Positions 39,650 to 50,668 of a DNA stretch of 64,000 bases are shown here, piece after piece. Below the pieces are notes generated by a model. That model was given only the letters and a program-made list of their open reading frames with translations. It ran no database searches and was not told the DNA's origin. The stretch is from assembly GCA_900542715.1 (NCBI GenBank), contig UQOQ01000002.1, positions 7,535-71,534 on the forward strand, read 5' to 3'. The stretch is from an uncultured Collinsella sp. (GTDB taxonomy: Bacteria; Actinomycetota; Coriobacteriia; Coriobacteriales; Coriobacteriaceae). Made by a program: the position numbers and the translations under genes. Within the stretch, counting starts at the first letter, position 1; every line of letters starts with the position of its first letter.

Positions 39650-40186
39650 CTACCCTCTCCTCTTTTCGCTCGATTCGCTGCTCACGCCATCGTCCGGCTC
39701 GTCCTTGCGCCGCAGACGACCGGTGACCGTCTCGCGCAGCGCGCACCATTTGTCTGCCAAACACACAATCCATGCCTCACGACACGTCGGCGGCACCGGC
39801 ACCAGCGGAAACATATGCCGCACGATAATATTCCGCTCGCGCGACGTCAGCTCAAAATCCTCCTCCGCACGTGCCAGGGCAAAATACGGATGCCGAAATC
39901 CATGCAGTCGATGGCTCGGATCGGGATCGTGCCAATCGTAGAGAAAGTAATCGTGTAACAGGGCGCCGCGCAGCAGCGAGGCGCGGTCGACCGAAATGCC
40001 AGCACGGCCCAAGCGTTCGGCAACGGACAGGCTTGTCCGCGCCACCGAGGTCACATGCGTATACACCGTCACATCGCCATGCTGGATAAACTCGCGCGTC
40101 AGGTCCAAACGGCCCGCATGGGCCAGCTGACGGGCGGCATCGTCGACCTCGCGCGCGATGCTCTCGGCACGAACGGTTTCGGACAT
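39650..40186 (-). CDS. HD-domain phosphohydrolase
   Basis: QHGDVTVYTH, GALLHDYFLYDW, HGFRHP, HMFPL and LADK motifs. Confidence 0.88.
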   Translation of the reverse strand: MSETVRAESIAREVDDAARQLAHAGRLDLTREFIQHGDVTVYTHVTSVARTSLSVAERLGRAGISVDRASLLRGALLHDYFLYDWHDPDPSHRLHGFRHPYFALARAEEDFELTSRERNIIVRHMFPLVPVPPTCREAWIVCLADKWCALRETVTGRLRRKDEPDDGVSSESSEKRRG

Positions 40187-40414
40187 GCGGCCTCCTTCCA
40201 GCGGCTCTCGACGGCAAGCCACAGCCTGCACGCAATGAATAAAATCACCATGGAACTTATCAGTATGGCATCGGGCAAAACGTTTTGCCCCGCCAGTTGG
40301 CGAATTACCGCGCCGCCGTCACATATCAAACGCCAAAATGTGCGAGACTGTCTTGTGCAATTGTGCCGGCCGAGGGAGCGCCGGCGCTCGATTCGCATGG
40401 AGTAACCCACAACG

Positions 40415-42196
40415 ATGCTGCTTACGCAAACGACAACGCCCGAGGACGTCAAGGCTCTCGACCGCGCCGAGCTTCCGCTGCTCTGCGGCGAGATCCGCCA
40501 GGCAATCCTCGAAAGCTCCGCTGCTGTCGGCGGACACGTTGCCCCCAACCTGGGCGTCGTCGAGCTTACGGTCGCGCTCCATCGCGTGTTTAACTCCCCC
40601 ATCGACAAAATTGTCTTTGACGTTTCGCACCAGACCTACGCCCACAAGGCGCTGACTGGGCGCGCGTATACCTATATCGACCCGGCACGCTACGGCGAGG
40701 CCTCTGGCTTTGCCAATCCCGACGAGTCCGAACATGACCTGTTCGCCATGGGCCACACCTCGACCTCGGTGAGCTTGGGCTGCGGCCTCGCACACGCGCG
40801 CGACCTGGCGGGCGATGCGTACAACGTCATCACCATCATTGGCGACGGCTCGCTTTCGGGCGGTCTGGCGTTTGAGGGCTTTAACAATGCCGCCGAGCTC
40901 GACAGCAACTTGATCATCGTCGTCAACGATAACGACCAGTCCATTGCCGAGAACCATGGCGGCCTGTATCGCAATCTGGCCGAGCTACGCGCCAGCAACG
41001 GCACCTGTGAGCGCAACGTTTTCCGCGCGATGGGGCTCGACTACCGCTATCTGGACACCGGTAACGATGTATTGGCCCTCGTCGACGCGCTGCAGGAACT
41101 GCGCGATATCGATCATCCCATCGTGCTGCACGTCTCCACCGCAAAGGGCAAGGGCTTTGAACCAGCCCAGAGCGACCCCGAGCGCTGGCACCACGTGGGT
41201 CCGTTTGACATGGCAACTGGGCGCAAACTCTGCCCGGGTCATCCGAGCGAGCCCGCACCGCGCACCTATGCCGACATTACGGGCGAGGCCCTGAGCGCTG
41301 CCATAGAGCGCGATCCGCAGGTTGTGGGCATCACGGCCGCCACGCCCTACATCATGGGCTTTACGCCCGAGCTTCGCGCCGCGGCAGGCAAGCAGTTTGT
41401 CGACGTGGGCATTGCCGAGGAACACGCCGTGACCTTTGCCACCGCGCTTGCGCGCTCGGGCGCCAAGCCAGTCTTTGGTGTGTACGGCACGTTTTTGCAG
41501 CGCGCCTACGACGAACTGTGGCACGACCTGTGCCTCAACGACGCCCCCGCAACCATCCTGGTATTTGGCGCGTCGATCTTTGGCACCACATCCGAGACGC
41601 ACCTCTCGTTCTTTGATATTTCCATGCTGGGCGGTCTTCCCAACATGCACTACTTGGCGCCGGCCTGCATGGAGGAATATCTGTCCATGCTGAGCTGGTC
41701 GCTCGACCACCGCGAGCATCCCGTGGCGATTCGCGTGCCGGGCATTGGCTTGGTAAGCCGCCCCGACTTGGCGCCTGCCGATGACACCGATTACGGCGCC
41801 GTTCATTACAACGTGGTGCGCCAGGGTCGCGACGTGGCCGTGCTCGCGCTTGGCGATTTCTTTGAGTTGGGCGAGCGCGTGGCAAACCGCTTGGCTGCCG
41901 AGTACGGCATCGAGGCCACGCTCGTCAACCCGCGCTATGCAACTGAGCTCGACCGTGAGTTCCTCGACAGCCTTGCCGCCGAGCATCGCGTTGTCGTCAC
42001 CCTCGAGGACGGCATCTTGGACGGTGGCTGGGGCGAGCGCGTCGCGTGCTATCTGGCATGCACGCCGTTGCGCACGCGCACCTTCGGCATCGCCAAGGGC
42101 TTCCCCGACCGCTACGACCCCAACGAGCTGCTCGCTCAGAACGGCATGACGGTCGAGAACATGGCCGCCGAGGCCGTAAGGCTACTCAACGAGTAA
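40415..42196 (+). CDS. dxs: 1-deoxy-D-xylulose-5-phosphate synthase
   Basis: GGHVAPNLG, DVSHQTY, GHTSTS, GDGSLSGG, DVGIAEEHAV and FLQRAYD motifs. Confidence 0.93.
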   Translation: MLLTQTTTPEDVKALDRAELPLLCGEIRQAILESSAAVGGHVAPNLGVVELTVALHRVFNSPIDKIVFDVSHQTYAHKALTGRAYTYIDPARYGEASGFANPDESEHDLFAMGHTSTSVSLGCGLAHARDLAGDAYNVITIIGDGSLSGGLAFEGFNNAAELDSNLIIVVNDNDQSIAENHGGLYRNLAELRASNGTCERNVFRAMGLDYRYLDTGNDVLALVDALQELRDIDHPIVLHVSTAKGKGFEPAQSDPERWHHVGPFDMATGRKLCPGHPSEPAPRTYADITGEALSAAIERDPQVVGITAATPYIMGFTPELRAAAGKQFVDVGIAEEHAVTFATALARSGAKPVFGVYGTFLQRAYDELWHDLCLNDAPATILVFGASIFGTTSETHLSFFDISMLGGLPNMHYLAPACMEEYLSMLSWSLDHREHPVAIRVPGIGLVSRPDLAPADDTDYGAVHYNVVRQGRDVAVLALGDFFELGERVANRLAAEYGIEATLVNPRYATELDREFLDSLAAEHRVVVTLEDGILDGGWGERVACYLACTPLRTRTFGIAKGFPDRYDPNELLAQNGMTVENMAAEAVRLLNE

Positions 42197-42240
42197 AAAA
42201 CCTCCGCAAGGAAAGCACCCCCTGCGGAGGTTTTTATTTT
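42196..42240 (+). terminator. Intrinsic terminator of dxs
   Basis: AAAAACCTCCGCA...TGCGGAGGTTTTT. Confidence 0.8.
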
Positions 42241-42251
42241 CGCGACGCGAT

Positions 42252-42471
42252 TATCTCAATCCGTAACATCTATGGCCCGAATTCCCGTCTAACTGTTACA
42301 GATCGAGACAAACCGTCTTAGTCCCTGACGTTTGTCTCAATCTGTAACAGATAGAGACCTTTTGGCCGTCTAACTGTTACAGATCGAGACATTCAAATCC
42401 CCCTAAGGATAAAATCTCGATCTGTAACAGTAAGAACCCATTTCCTCGTCTAGATGTTACAGATTGAGACA
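42252..42471. repeat. Array of six 21-bp units in alternating orientation (three tandem ~81-bp hairpins)
   Basis: Consensus TGTCTCRATCTGTAACAGTTA; forward at 42252, 42333, 42413; reverse at 42290, 42371, 42451; spacers differ. Confidence 0.92.
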
Positions 42472-42501
42472 AAACAACGAGACCGGCCGCCGTACCAGCC
42501 C

Positions 42502-42540
42502 AAACCACCACAAAGGTGCCTGTCCCCTTTTTGGTGGTTT
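42502..42540 (+). repeat. Dispersed REP-like hairpin, family B, copy 2
   Basis: AAACCACCACAAAGGTGCCTGTCCCCTTTTTGGTGGTTT. Confidence 0.8.
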
Positions 42541-42680
42541 TAGGTCACGGTCGGCGCGAAAAACGAATAACCGTTCATACGCGATCTCCTTACTTATATA
42601 TGTGTCGCGTTGCCGCCATTATAGCGACCGCCGCGAGCGACCACGCCGTCCGCGAAACGCCGTCTCAGCAGCAATAACCG

Positions 42681-42732
42681 ACGTTTTCCCAGATAAAACC
42701 TACCAAAATAGACCTGTCCCTTTTTGGTAGGT
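42681..42732 (+). repeat. Dispersed REP-like hairpin, family A, copy 2
   Basis: ACGTTTTCCCAGATAAAACCTACCAAAATAGACCTGTCCCTTTTTGGTAGGT. Confidence 0.85.
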
Positions 42733-42847
42733 AGAATAACCTATAAGACAAGTATGTTTCTGAGTTATTTCGTGTTGACCCATTTGAGCGGGATGGGGTA
42801 TAACTCTACTCAACCGCTAGGGATTTTATTGAGAAAGGTGTTCTCCT

Positions 42848-43843
42848 ATGAGCAAGAACCTCTCCCAGCAGGTCGTTCTCGACCGCCGCGGCTTCGTTGC
42901 CGCCACCTTCGCAACCGTCGCCGGCCTTGGTCTTGCCGGCTGCTCTGACACCAGCGCCGAGGCTGACAAGGGTTCCGCCGCTGGCTCCTCCAAGAGCTCC
43001 GAAGATACCGAGGCTTCCACCACGCTCGACGCCAAGGCATTCGACAAGCTCGTCGACAACGGCCCCAAGGCCGATGACGATGTCATCGCCGCCAGCACCT
43101 GGGCCACGGCCGTCAAGGACGCCGGCGTCTTTAAGATCGGTGGCGTTCAGACCTCCACGCTCTTCTCCCTCCTCAACGAGAAGGACGGTCAGACCCGCGG
43201 CTTCGACGCCGGCATCGCACAGCTCCTGTCCAACTACATTCTGGGCGAGAACAAGGTCGAGATCACCCAGGTGACCTCGGACACGCGCGAGTCCGTCCTG
43301 CAGAACGGCCAGGTCGACGCCGTCTTTGCCACCTACACCATCACCGATGAGCGCAAGAAGCTCGTCTCCTTCGCCGGCCCCTACTACTACACCCAGCAGG
43401 CTATCCTGGTGCTCACCGATAACGACGACATCAAGGGCGTCGACGACCTGGCCGATAAGAACGTCGCCGTCCAGTCCGGCTCCAACGGCCCCGCCATCCT
43501 GGAGGAGTTTGCCCCCAAGGCCAGCCAGCAGGAGTTCAAGACCGACGAGGAGGCACGTCAGGCACTCCAGCAGGGCCGCGTCGATGCCTACGTCATCGAC
43601 AACAACATGCAGCAGAGCGCCCTGGTCCGCGAGCCCGGCAAGTACAAGATTGCCGGCAAGCCCTTCGGCAGCAAGGAGCCCTACGGCATCGGCCTGCCGC
43701 TCGATTCCGACGGTGTCGCCTTTGTCAACGACTTCCTTAAGAAGATCGAGGATGACGGCACCTGGACCGAGCTGTGGCAGATCTGCATTGGTGACCGTAC
43801 GGGCGACACCAATGTTCCCGAGCTGCCCGAGATCGGCGCCTAG
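42848..43843 (+). CDS. Polar amino acid (glutamate-type) ABC substrate-binding lipoprotein
   Basis: Tat-like DRRGFV plus lipobox LAGC; GFDAGIA, TYTITDERKK, FAGPYY and EPYGIG motifs. Confidence 0.9.
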   Translation: MSKNLSQQVVLDRRGFVAATFATVAGLGLAGCSDTSAEADKGSAAGSSKSSEDTEASTTLDAKAFDKLVDNGPKADDDVIAASTWATAVKDAGVFKIGGVQTSTLFSLLNEKDGQTRGFDAGIAQLLSNYILGENKVEITQVTSDTRESVLQNGQVDAVFATYTITDERKKLVSFAGPYYYTQQAILVLTDNDDIKGVDDLADKNVAVQSGSNGPAILEEFAPKASQQEFKTDEEARQALQQGRVDAYVIDNNMQQSALVREPGKYKIAGKPFGSKEPYGIGLPLDSDGVAFVNDFLKKIEDDGTWTELWQICIGDRTGDTNVPELPEIGA

Positions 43844-43981
43844 GCAGCGAGCCTAGTAACGGCCGCTACGAAACCATATGGAAACGCACGATGCGCTTTA
43901 TTGCGCTAAACTGTTTCCTCACTGAGTTGTCGGGGCTTCCGTACACACGGGAGCCCCTTTCCTTACCGGCGGGAGGTCCGC

Positions 43982-44641
43982 ATGAGTCTCTCCGAGCTCT
44001 GGTCGCTCTATGGCCAGAACTATATCGACGCGCTGCTAGCAACCTGGGGCATGACGCTTGAGTCGTTTGCCATCGCCATGGTGCTGGCCGTCGCCGTCAC
44101 CGTGATGCGCGTGTCGCCGCTCAAGCCGCTGCGCGTCTTTGGCGACCTGTATGTCCAGGTCTTCCGTAACATCCCCGGCATCGCGCTGCTCATTATCGTC
44201 GTCTACGCGCTGCCGCCGCTCAAGGTCGTCCTGCCCTACCGCACCTGCGTCATCGTCGCCACAGTGCTCTTGGGTTCTGCCTTTGGCTCCGAGAACTTTA
44301 TGAGCGGCATCAACACCGTCGGTGTCGGCCAGGTGGAAGCCGCCCGCTCGCTGGGCATGAGCTTCAGCCGTATCCTCGCCAAGATCGTGATTCCGCAGGC
44401 GCTGCGCTCGAGCGTGCTGCCCATGACCAACCTCTTTATCGCCGTCATGCTCACCACCGCGCTCGGCAGTCAGGTGCCGCTTAAACCGCAGGAGCTCACC
44501 GGCGTGGTGAGCTACATCAACACGCGCTCGCTCGGCGGCGTCGCCGCGTTCTTTATCTCGGCGCTCGGCTACCTGGGCACGGCCTTTGTGGTGAGCCACA
44601 TTGGCAACTATATCGATAAGAAGGTGAGGATCCTCCGATGA
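43982..44641 (+). CDS. Amino acid ABC permease
   Basis: FRNIP and GQVEAARSLG (EAA loop). Confidence 0.92.
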   Translation: MSLSELWSLYGQNYIDALLATWGMTLESFAIAMVLAVAVTVMRVSPLKPLRVFGDLYVQVFRNIPGIALLIIVVYALPPLKVVLPYRTCVIVATVLLGSAFGSENFMSGINTVGVGQVEAARSLGMSFSRILAKIVIPQALRSSVLPMTNLFIAVMLTTALGSQVPLKPQELTGVVSYINTRSLGGVAAFFISALGYLGTAFVVSHIGNYIDKKVRILR

Positions 44642-45471
44642 GCAAGCACTCCACCTCCGCGCTCACCATGCGCGATGCGCTCTACGAGGCTCCCGGCCCC
44701 AAGATGCGCGCCAAGATTCGCGTCGGCACCGCCATCTCACTTGTTGCCGTGGCCGCGCTCGTCGCTCTGGTACTGCAGCGCTTTTATGTGACCGGCCAGC
44801 TTTCGGTCCATTACTGGTACTTCTTTACGCACCTCACCACCTGGAAGTTCCTGCTTGCCGGTTTTGAGGGCACGGTAAAGGTCGCGCTCACCGCCGGCGC
44901 CATCGCGCTGGTACTGGGCTTAGCCCTCATGCTCGGCCGTACCAGCGACATCAAGCCGCTGCAGCTGGTCTGCCGCGTGCTCACCGATTTCTTCCGTGGC
45001 GTGCCGAGCCTGCTGTTCATCTACTTCTTCTTTTTGGTGCTGCCTCAGTACAAGATTTCACTGCCGTCGTTTTGGATGCTCACGCTTCCCGTCGCGCTCG
45101 CTGCAGCCGGCGTACTTGCCGAGATCTTCCGCGCCGGCGTCAACGCCGTGCCGCGTGGTCAGGTCGAGGCAGCCCAGGCGCTCGGTCTCTCCAAGGCCAA
45201 AATCACCTTTAAAATCGTATTGCCCCAGGCGATTCGGTTTATCATTCCGTCGTTGATTTCGCAGCTCGTGGTCGTAGTCAAAGACACCACCGTCGCCTAT
45301 GTGGTGAGCTACCCCGACCTCATGCAAAATGCCCGCGTGCTCATTACCAACTACGACGCCCTCGTGTCGGTCTACCTGGTTATCGCGGTCATCTACATCC
45401 TCATCAACGTCGCGATCAACAAGGCCGCTGTCTACGTTTCGCACAAGACCGGCGCGACGATCATCCGCTAA
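44638..45471 (+). CDS. Amino acid ABC permease
   Basis: FRGVP, AEIFRAG, GQVEAAQALG and KDT motifs. Confidence 0.92.
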   Translation: MSKHSTSALTMRDALYEAPGPKMRAKIRVGTAISLVAVAALVALVLQRFYVTGQLSVHYWYFFTHLTTWKFLLAGFEGTVKVALTAGAIALVLGLALMLGRTSDIKPLQLVCRVLTDFFRGVPSLLFIYFFFLVLPQYKISLPSFWMLTLPVALAAAGVLAEIFRAGVNAVPRGQVEAAQALGLSKAKITFKIVLPQAIRFIIPSLISQLVVVVKDTTVAYVVSYPDLMQNARVLITNYDALVSVYLVIAVIYILINVAINKAAVYVSHKTGATIIR

Positions 45472-45508
45472 CGCTTTTACCATTTCGAGTCATAAGGAGC
45501 CGAGCACC

Positions 45509-46273
<765 letters not shown>

Positions 46274-46360
46274 CCCAATTGCCACGCGGGCGAATTCATC
46301 AGTAACGTTTGTCCCGCGCCACCTCTGTGCCATGTCCATCCGGATTCGAAAGCCGCACCC

Positions 46361-47170
46361 ATGATCGGAACCCGCACCTCATCGTCCTACGCTCCGCACG
46401 TCGACGTCGATCCCGCCGACCGCCCGCTTATCCTGGTAGCACCACGCTGGGAAGAAGCGAAGCCCTATTTGAGCGAGACGCTCTCCCCCAACGAGGAGAT
46501 TGCGAGCGTCTTTGTCGACGCCATTCTTGCCGCCGGCGGTCTGCCGCTGCAGATGTCCATTACCGAAGACGTCGACGTTATCCGTCATTACGTGGAAATC
46601 GCTGACGGTATCGCCATTCCCGGCGGCCCCGATGTCAATCCCAAACGTTGGGGCGATGATCGACCCTACGACCCCACCCTCTGCTGCGAGATCCGCGATA
46701 GTTTTGAGTTTAAGCTGGTCGACGAGGTACTCCGCGCCAAAAAGCCGCTCTTTACCACCTGCCGCGGCACGCAGCTGCTCAACGTCGCCACCGGCGGCAC
46801 CCTGTGCATGGACGTGCCGAGCCTGGGTGCGCGCGAAGGCCGCACGCAGTGGCGCCATACCCACGTGCTCAACGACCCCGTGCACCCCGTCGAGGTCGTG
46901 CCGGGCTCGCTGCTGGAGCGCGCGGTTGGCGGGCACAGGCTGATCCAGACCAACTCGGCACATCACTGCTGCGTCGACCGTCTGGGCAAAAGCACGCGCT
47001 TGGTCGCCAAGGCAACCGACGGCGTGCCCGAGTGCATCGAAGTCGAAGGCCAGCCTTTCTGCCTGGGCGTGCAATGGCACCCTGAGTATACGTGGAAGAC
47101 GCTCGAGACCGACTTTAACCTGTGGAAGTCGTTTGTCGAGGCAGCGGCCAAGGTTAAGCAGGCCCGCTAG
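46361..47170 (+). CDS. Gamma-glutamyl hydrolase, peptidase C26/PuuD family
   Basis: GGPDVNP, CRGTQLLNV, NSAHH and GVQWHPE (class I amidotransferase Cys-His-Glu triad). Confidence 0.92.
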   Translation: MIGTRTSSSYAPHVDVDPADRPLILVAPRWEEAKPYLSETLSPNEEIASVFVDAILAAGGLPLQMSITEDVDVIRHYVEIADGIAIPGGPDVNPKRWGDDRPYDPTLCCEIRDSFEFKLVDEVLRAKKPLFTTCRGTQLLNVATGGTLCMDVPSLGAREGRTQWRHTHVLNDPVHPVEVVPGSLLERAVGGHRLIQTNSAHHCCVDRLGKSTRLVAKATDGVPECIEVEGQPFCLGVQWHPEYTWKTLETDFNLWKSFVEAAAKVKQAR

Positions 47171-47200
47171 CTCGCGAACCATACAGGCTAAAGCTACCCA

Positions 47201-47240
47201 TACAGGGGGCGGACACCAACTACGGTGCCCGCCCCCTGTA
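47201..47240. terminator. Hairpin terminator between convergent operons
   Basis: TACAGGGGGCGG...CCGCCCCCTGTA. Confidence 0.7.
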
Positions 47241-47276
47241 TTTGATACGCTCGGTATGTTTATCCCTCACAAACAA

Positions 47277-48095
47277 TCAAAGAAATCTCGACCGCAATCG
47301 GTCGACAGTAAAGCAAATGGCAAAAACGCTTGCTACGTTTATGAGGCAGTCAATTAAAAACGAAACGCATTGACTATCCTCCAACGGGGTCACACCGCAA
47401 ATCCACATGAGCATCGAGGACGGAAACGGAAGCATGGAATTGGCTCCGACCTGTATGTAGATCGTTACGACGTTGACAAGCAACAGCATGCCAATAGGAC
47501 CGAAGCCGGATCCAAAATAGGAAACAACGATCACGCAAGAGACCACGTATGCAAGGCAGACCGCACTCGCCAGAAGAAGTCGATCGCAAAACATATTCAG
47601 GTTGAAATACTGTTGAGCATCCAAAACGATTGCGCAGTTAAGACAGTGCAAAACGACACTTGACAGGACAAACGCGCCCAATAGGGCGAAAGAAGACAGC
47701 ACCGTTCGCGCAACGGTAACGCACGCCCGCTTCCCTCCCCGAGCCTCCGACAGCCCCCACGGTTCCTCGACAAAGCCCGAACTGACAAAGCGCGGCACAA
47801 TACAAGCCGCGATGAACGGAAAGAATAATGCATGAGCCAACGGGGCCACGTTGAACAGCAGACCGCGAAAAACCTCTGCATTACCAAATAGAAGGACATC
47901 CTCCGCCGATAGCCGAAGCGTCGGGTCTGGGAAAAAGCCCAAGAAACTGTTCTCACGGAGGCTGCAGAACCACATCGGGAAAGAATTAAGCTGCAATACC
48001 ACCATGCACGCATAAATTACCAGGATTAAGGCGTACGTCCATTTACTCACGTGCTTCAATTCTGAATGGAGGAATCTTTTAATCTGACGAGCCAT
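47277..48095 (-). CDS. Putative ABC-2 type permease
   Basis: About 6 TM segments; coupled downstream of another permease and an ABC ATPase; AT-richer. Confidence 0.65.
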   Translation of the reverse strand: MARQIKRFLHSELKHVSKWTYALILVIYACMVVLQLNSFPMWFCSLRENSFLGFFPDPTLRLSAEDVLLFGNAEVFRGLLFNVAPLAHALFFPFIAACIVPRFVSSGFVEEPWGLSEARGGKRACVTVARTVLSSFALLGAFVLSSVVLHCLNCAIVLDAQQYFNLNMFCDRLLLASAVCLAYVVSCVIVVSYFGSGFGPIGMLLLVNVVTIYIQVGANSMLPFPSSMLMWICGVTPLEDSQCVSFLIDCLINVASVFAICFTVDRLRSRFL

Positions 48096-48903
48096 TGAGC
48101 ACACCCCCAGCACGAAAGCTCACGAGAGCGTAAATCAATACCGATAAACAGCTGGCTGCCACGCCATAGCCCAGAAGCGCCAGTTGTCCCATATCGCTAT
48201 ACCCAAGGGCACATCCGACTCCAAGGTACGGCCCAGGAAGGAAGAAGATCCATCGCAAGGATGGTATAGGTGCCTGAAGGAAGGCTCCGTAGAGCGTCAA
48301 GCTCATGACAAATCCGATTATTATTGCAGCCCCGCTCAATACAGCGCTGCCTGTAATCCGATAGATGGTCACCGTCTCCAGCGCAACCGATATCACCAAT
48401 ACGGTGTTGACTATCATTGCAGGCAAAAATGCAGCCAGCATGCCATGCGCGTAGTTATGCCCTCCACGTATTATGGCTATTGCAAATAGAAGAAGGCAAA
48501 GCGCACTATATGCTGCGCCAATTATTAAAGCAGACGAAAATGCATGGGCTAGAGCCCCATAAAAGCGGGTAAGACCTCTTGCTGAAGAAATTCGGTATCC
48601 CTCTTCATAGCCGCGCTCCTGTAAAATCGCCAGGCAAACGATGAGTGGAACGAATAGAGAGGTGCCGGCAAAAGCACTGCGCACAAGGGACTCATCGGGT
48701 GCAGAAGGATCGATTACATTCCAGAAGAAACCAATATCCTCCCCAAAAACGCTATTGCCAAAGGCGAGCAGCGTTGTTCCGTTTTTTAGAAAGACACCGA
48801 AGAGAAGGCCGAACGCCAGCATAAGCGCAAGACCAAACTTCGCCGGAAACATCCTGTGCAAACGCATCATATCCGCCTTTATGGGATGGATCGCCCGCTT
48901 CAT
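48079..48903 (-). CDS. Putative ABC-2 type permease
   Basis: About 6 TM segments; overlaps the ATPase stop (ATGA). Confidence 0.7.
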   Translation of the reverse strand: MKRAIHPIKADMMRLHRMFPAKFGLALMLAFGLLFGVFLKNGTTLLAFGNSVFGEDIGFFWNVIDPSAPDESLVRSAFAGTSLFVPLIVCLAILQERGYEEGYRISSARGLTRFYGALAHAFSSALIIGAAYSALCLLLFAIAIIRGGHNYAHGMLAAFLPAMIVNTVLVISVALETVTIYRITGSAVLSGAAIIIGFVMSLTLYGAFLQAPIPSLRWIFFLPGPYLGVGCALGYSDMGQLALLGYGVAASCLSVLIYALVSFRAGGVLNGSSD

Positions 48904-49625
48904 AGCGAGACCGCCTTCATCAAGCGCCTGTAATACTCTTTTAGGGACGACGCCTCATCCCTTATGACGTCCATCGATTCCTTTTTTAGCAGTTCGCCGT
49001 CATGAATAAACAGGCAGCTTGTTGCAACCGATGCCAACTCATCCAAATCATGACTAGAGATGAGCATGGTCTTACCCTGCTCTCGATTCAATCGACCGAT
49101 AAGGGCCCATATACTCTCGATGCCCAACGGATCCAATCCATTTGCCGGCTCATCGAAAATTAGTACGTCGGTGTCGCCCAATAAAGCCGTAGCTATATCC
49201 AGTCGCCGTTTCATTCCCAGAGAAAAACTGCCTACGCTCTTTTTCTCATCGATGTCCAGCCCGACTAGGCTCAAAACACGAGGAATCTCACGTTTCTCAT
49301 CGAGCCCCCATTCCGCACATCGGATCCGAAGATTCTCAGCCGCACTGAGGGATTGGTATGCTCCGCAGGAATCTGGCACATAGCCGACACGCGCCCGCAT
49401 CAAGCTCAGGTCTTTTTTCGACTTGCCTCCAAAGAGCTCCACGCTCCCCGACGATGGCTCGCAGAGGCCCAATACGATTTTAATGAGCGTGCTTTTGCCT
49501 GCCCCGTTTGCACCAACAAGGGCGCAAAGCTCAGACTGATCCACCTCGAAGGAAACGTCATGCAACACACGCCGTTTTCCATAGCGCTTCGACACCTTCG
49601 ATAGCTTTATCGCTGATGCGCTCAT
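48900..49625 (-). CDS. ABC exporter ATP-binding protein (BcrA/lantibiotic-immunity-like)
   Basis: GANGAGKST, FSLGMKRRL, DEPANGLDP and SSH motifs. Confidence 0.92.
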   Translation of the reverse strand: MSASAIKLSKVSKRYGKRRVLHDVSFEVDQSELCALVGANGAGKSTLIKIVLGLCEPSSGSVELFGGKSKKDLSLMRARVGYVPDSCGAYQSLSAAENLRIRCAEWGLDEKREIPRVLSLVGLDIDEKKSVGSFSLGMKRRLDIATALLGDTDVLIFDEPANGLDPLGIESIWALIGRLNREQGKTMLISSHDLDELASVATSCLFIHDGELLKKESMDVIRDEASSLKEYYRRLMKAVSL

Positions 49626-49769
49626 ATCGTTCCTCCTTTCTTTTATCGTAGTTACTTGTAGTTATTGTTTTACGATAACTCGTATTTGTCAAGATAATCT
49701 AGAAGAAAGAACCCGTGTTAGACACGGGTTCCGCTACATTGATATTCCGTTATAGTTGTTCGCTTTATG

Positions 49770-50099
49770 CTACTCGTCGCTCAAATCGACAGCGAAGACT
49801 GATGTCGGAAGTGACGCCTCGTTGCCTCCGCCATCCCGCATCTGCCTCACGACATTTTTTGCGCGTTCGACAATAAGCTCCTCAAGCTCTTTCTCGCTCA
49901 CGCGCTGAATAATATCCCCCGGTTGACAATCAAGCTCATCACAGATTTCGAGAAGCGTCTTAAGGCGAATAGCTTTTATTTTTCCGTTTCTTAGCTTTGA
50001 AATATTAGCCGGAGTATGCCCCGTCGCCCGAATCAAATCAGCGCTGGTCTTTCCGGTCTTAAGCAGCTGCGTCTCAAGCTCGATGATGAGATAGCTCAT
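49770..50099 (-). CDS. Xre/Cro-C1 HTH regulator (YozG-like)
   Basis: ANISKLRNGKIKAIRLKTLLEICDELDCQPGDII. Confidence 0.9.
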   Translation of the reverse strand: MSYLIIELETQLLKTGKTSADLIRATGHTPANISKLRNGKIKAIRLKTLLEICDELDCQPGDIIQRVSEKELEELIVERAKNVVRQMRDGGGNEASLPTSVFAVDLSDE

Positions 50100-50107
50100 G
50101 TCTCCTC

Positions 50108-50668
50108 CTACACAAGCTCGTCAGACTGCTCTTGGAGCAGCGAGGCATAACTCCAGATCGCCGAGATAAACAGACAGACAACTGCGCCGATAAACGACCC
50201 CGCATCAAAGGTAGCGCCTTGGCAAATCTCAATAACGAAGGAATGAGGCACGATGTAAAGCTCCAGTCCGCCAATGGTGAGATTGACCGATTCATAGGCA
50301 CCAACAAACGAAACCACGGCGTTAACAGCAAAGGCAAGTGCAAGAACACGGATAAGCCGCACATGCGCCTTGGTAAAGGGCGAGACGCCCCGAGAGATGT
50401 TATGGCTGATTCCGCACAAAACGACAAGCGAAACACCCACGACGAGTGCCAGGCACAGCCCGCTTGGGATAACGATGCTCCCGCCATCGAGAAGCGTCAC
50501 GACACCGAAAGAATCGACAGAAACAACGTTTGCAACCGCATACCAGATCACGTAAACAACCAACGCGGCAAAAGCGACGAGCATTCCCGCAAAAACGACC
50601 GCCATGCAAAAGCCAAGCTTCCTTACAGTCTCGCCCGCCTTGGCCATACGCTGAACGCTGTTGGACAT
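50108..50668 (-). CDS. DUF2975-like membrane protein
   Basis: 4 TM segments, SPFT motif, ends LLQEQSDELV; directly upstream of a YozG-like HTH gene. Confidence 0.8.
   Translation of the reverse strand: MSNSVQRMAKAGETVRKLGFCMAVVFAGMLVAFAALVVYVIWYAVANVVSVDSFGVVTLLDGGSIVIPSGLCLALVVGVSLVVLCGISHNISRGVSPFTKAHVRLIRVLALAFAVNAVVSFVGAYESVNLTIGGLELYIVPHSFVIEICQGATFDAGSFIGAVVCLFISAIWSYASLLQEQSDELV

Noticed and set aside
42252..42471. CRISPR array
   Set aside because: Repeats alternate in orientation, spacers are only 17-22 bp, and there is no leader or cas gene. Kept as an unexplained array instead.
47277..49625. Bacteriocin biosynthesis cluster
   Set aside because: Only a transporter is present; no precursor peptide, modification enzyme or peptidase domain seen.
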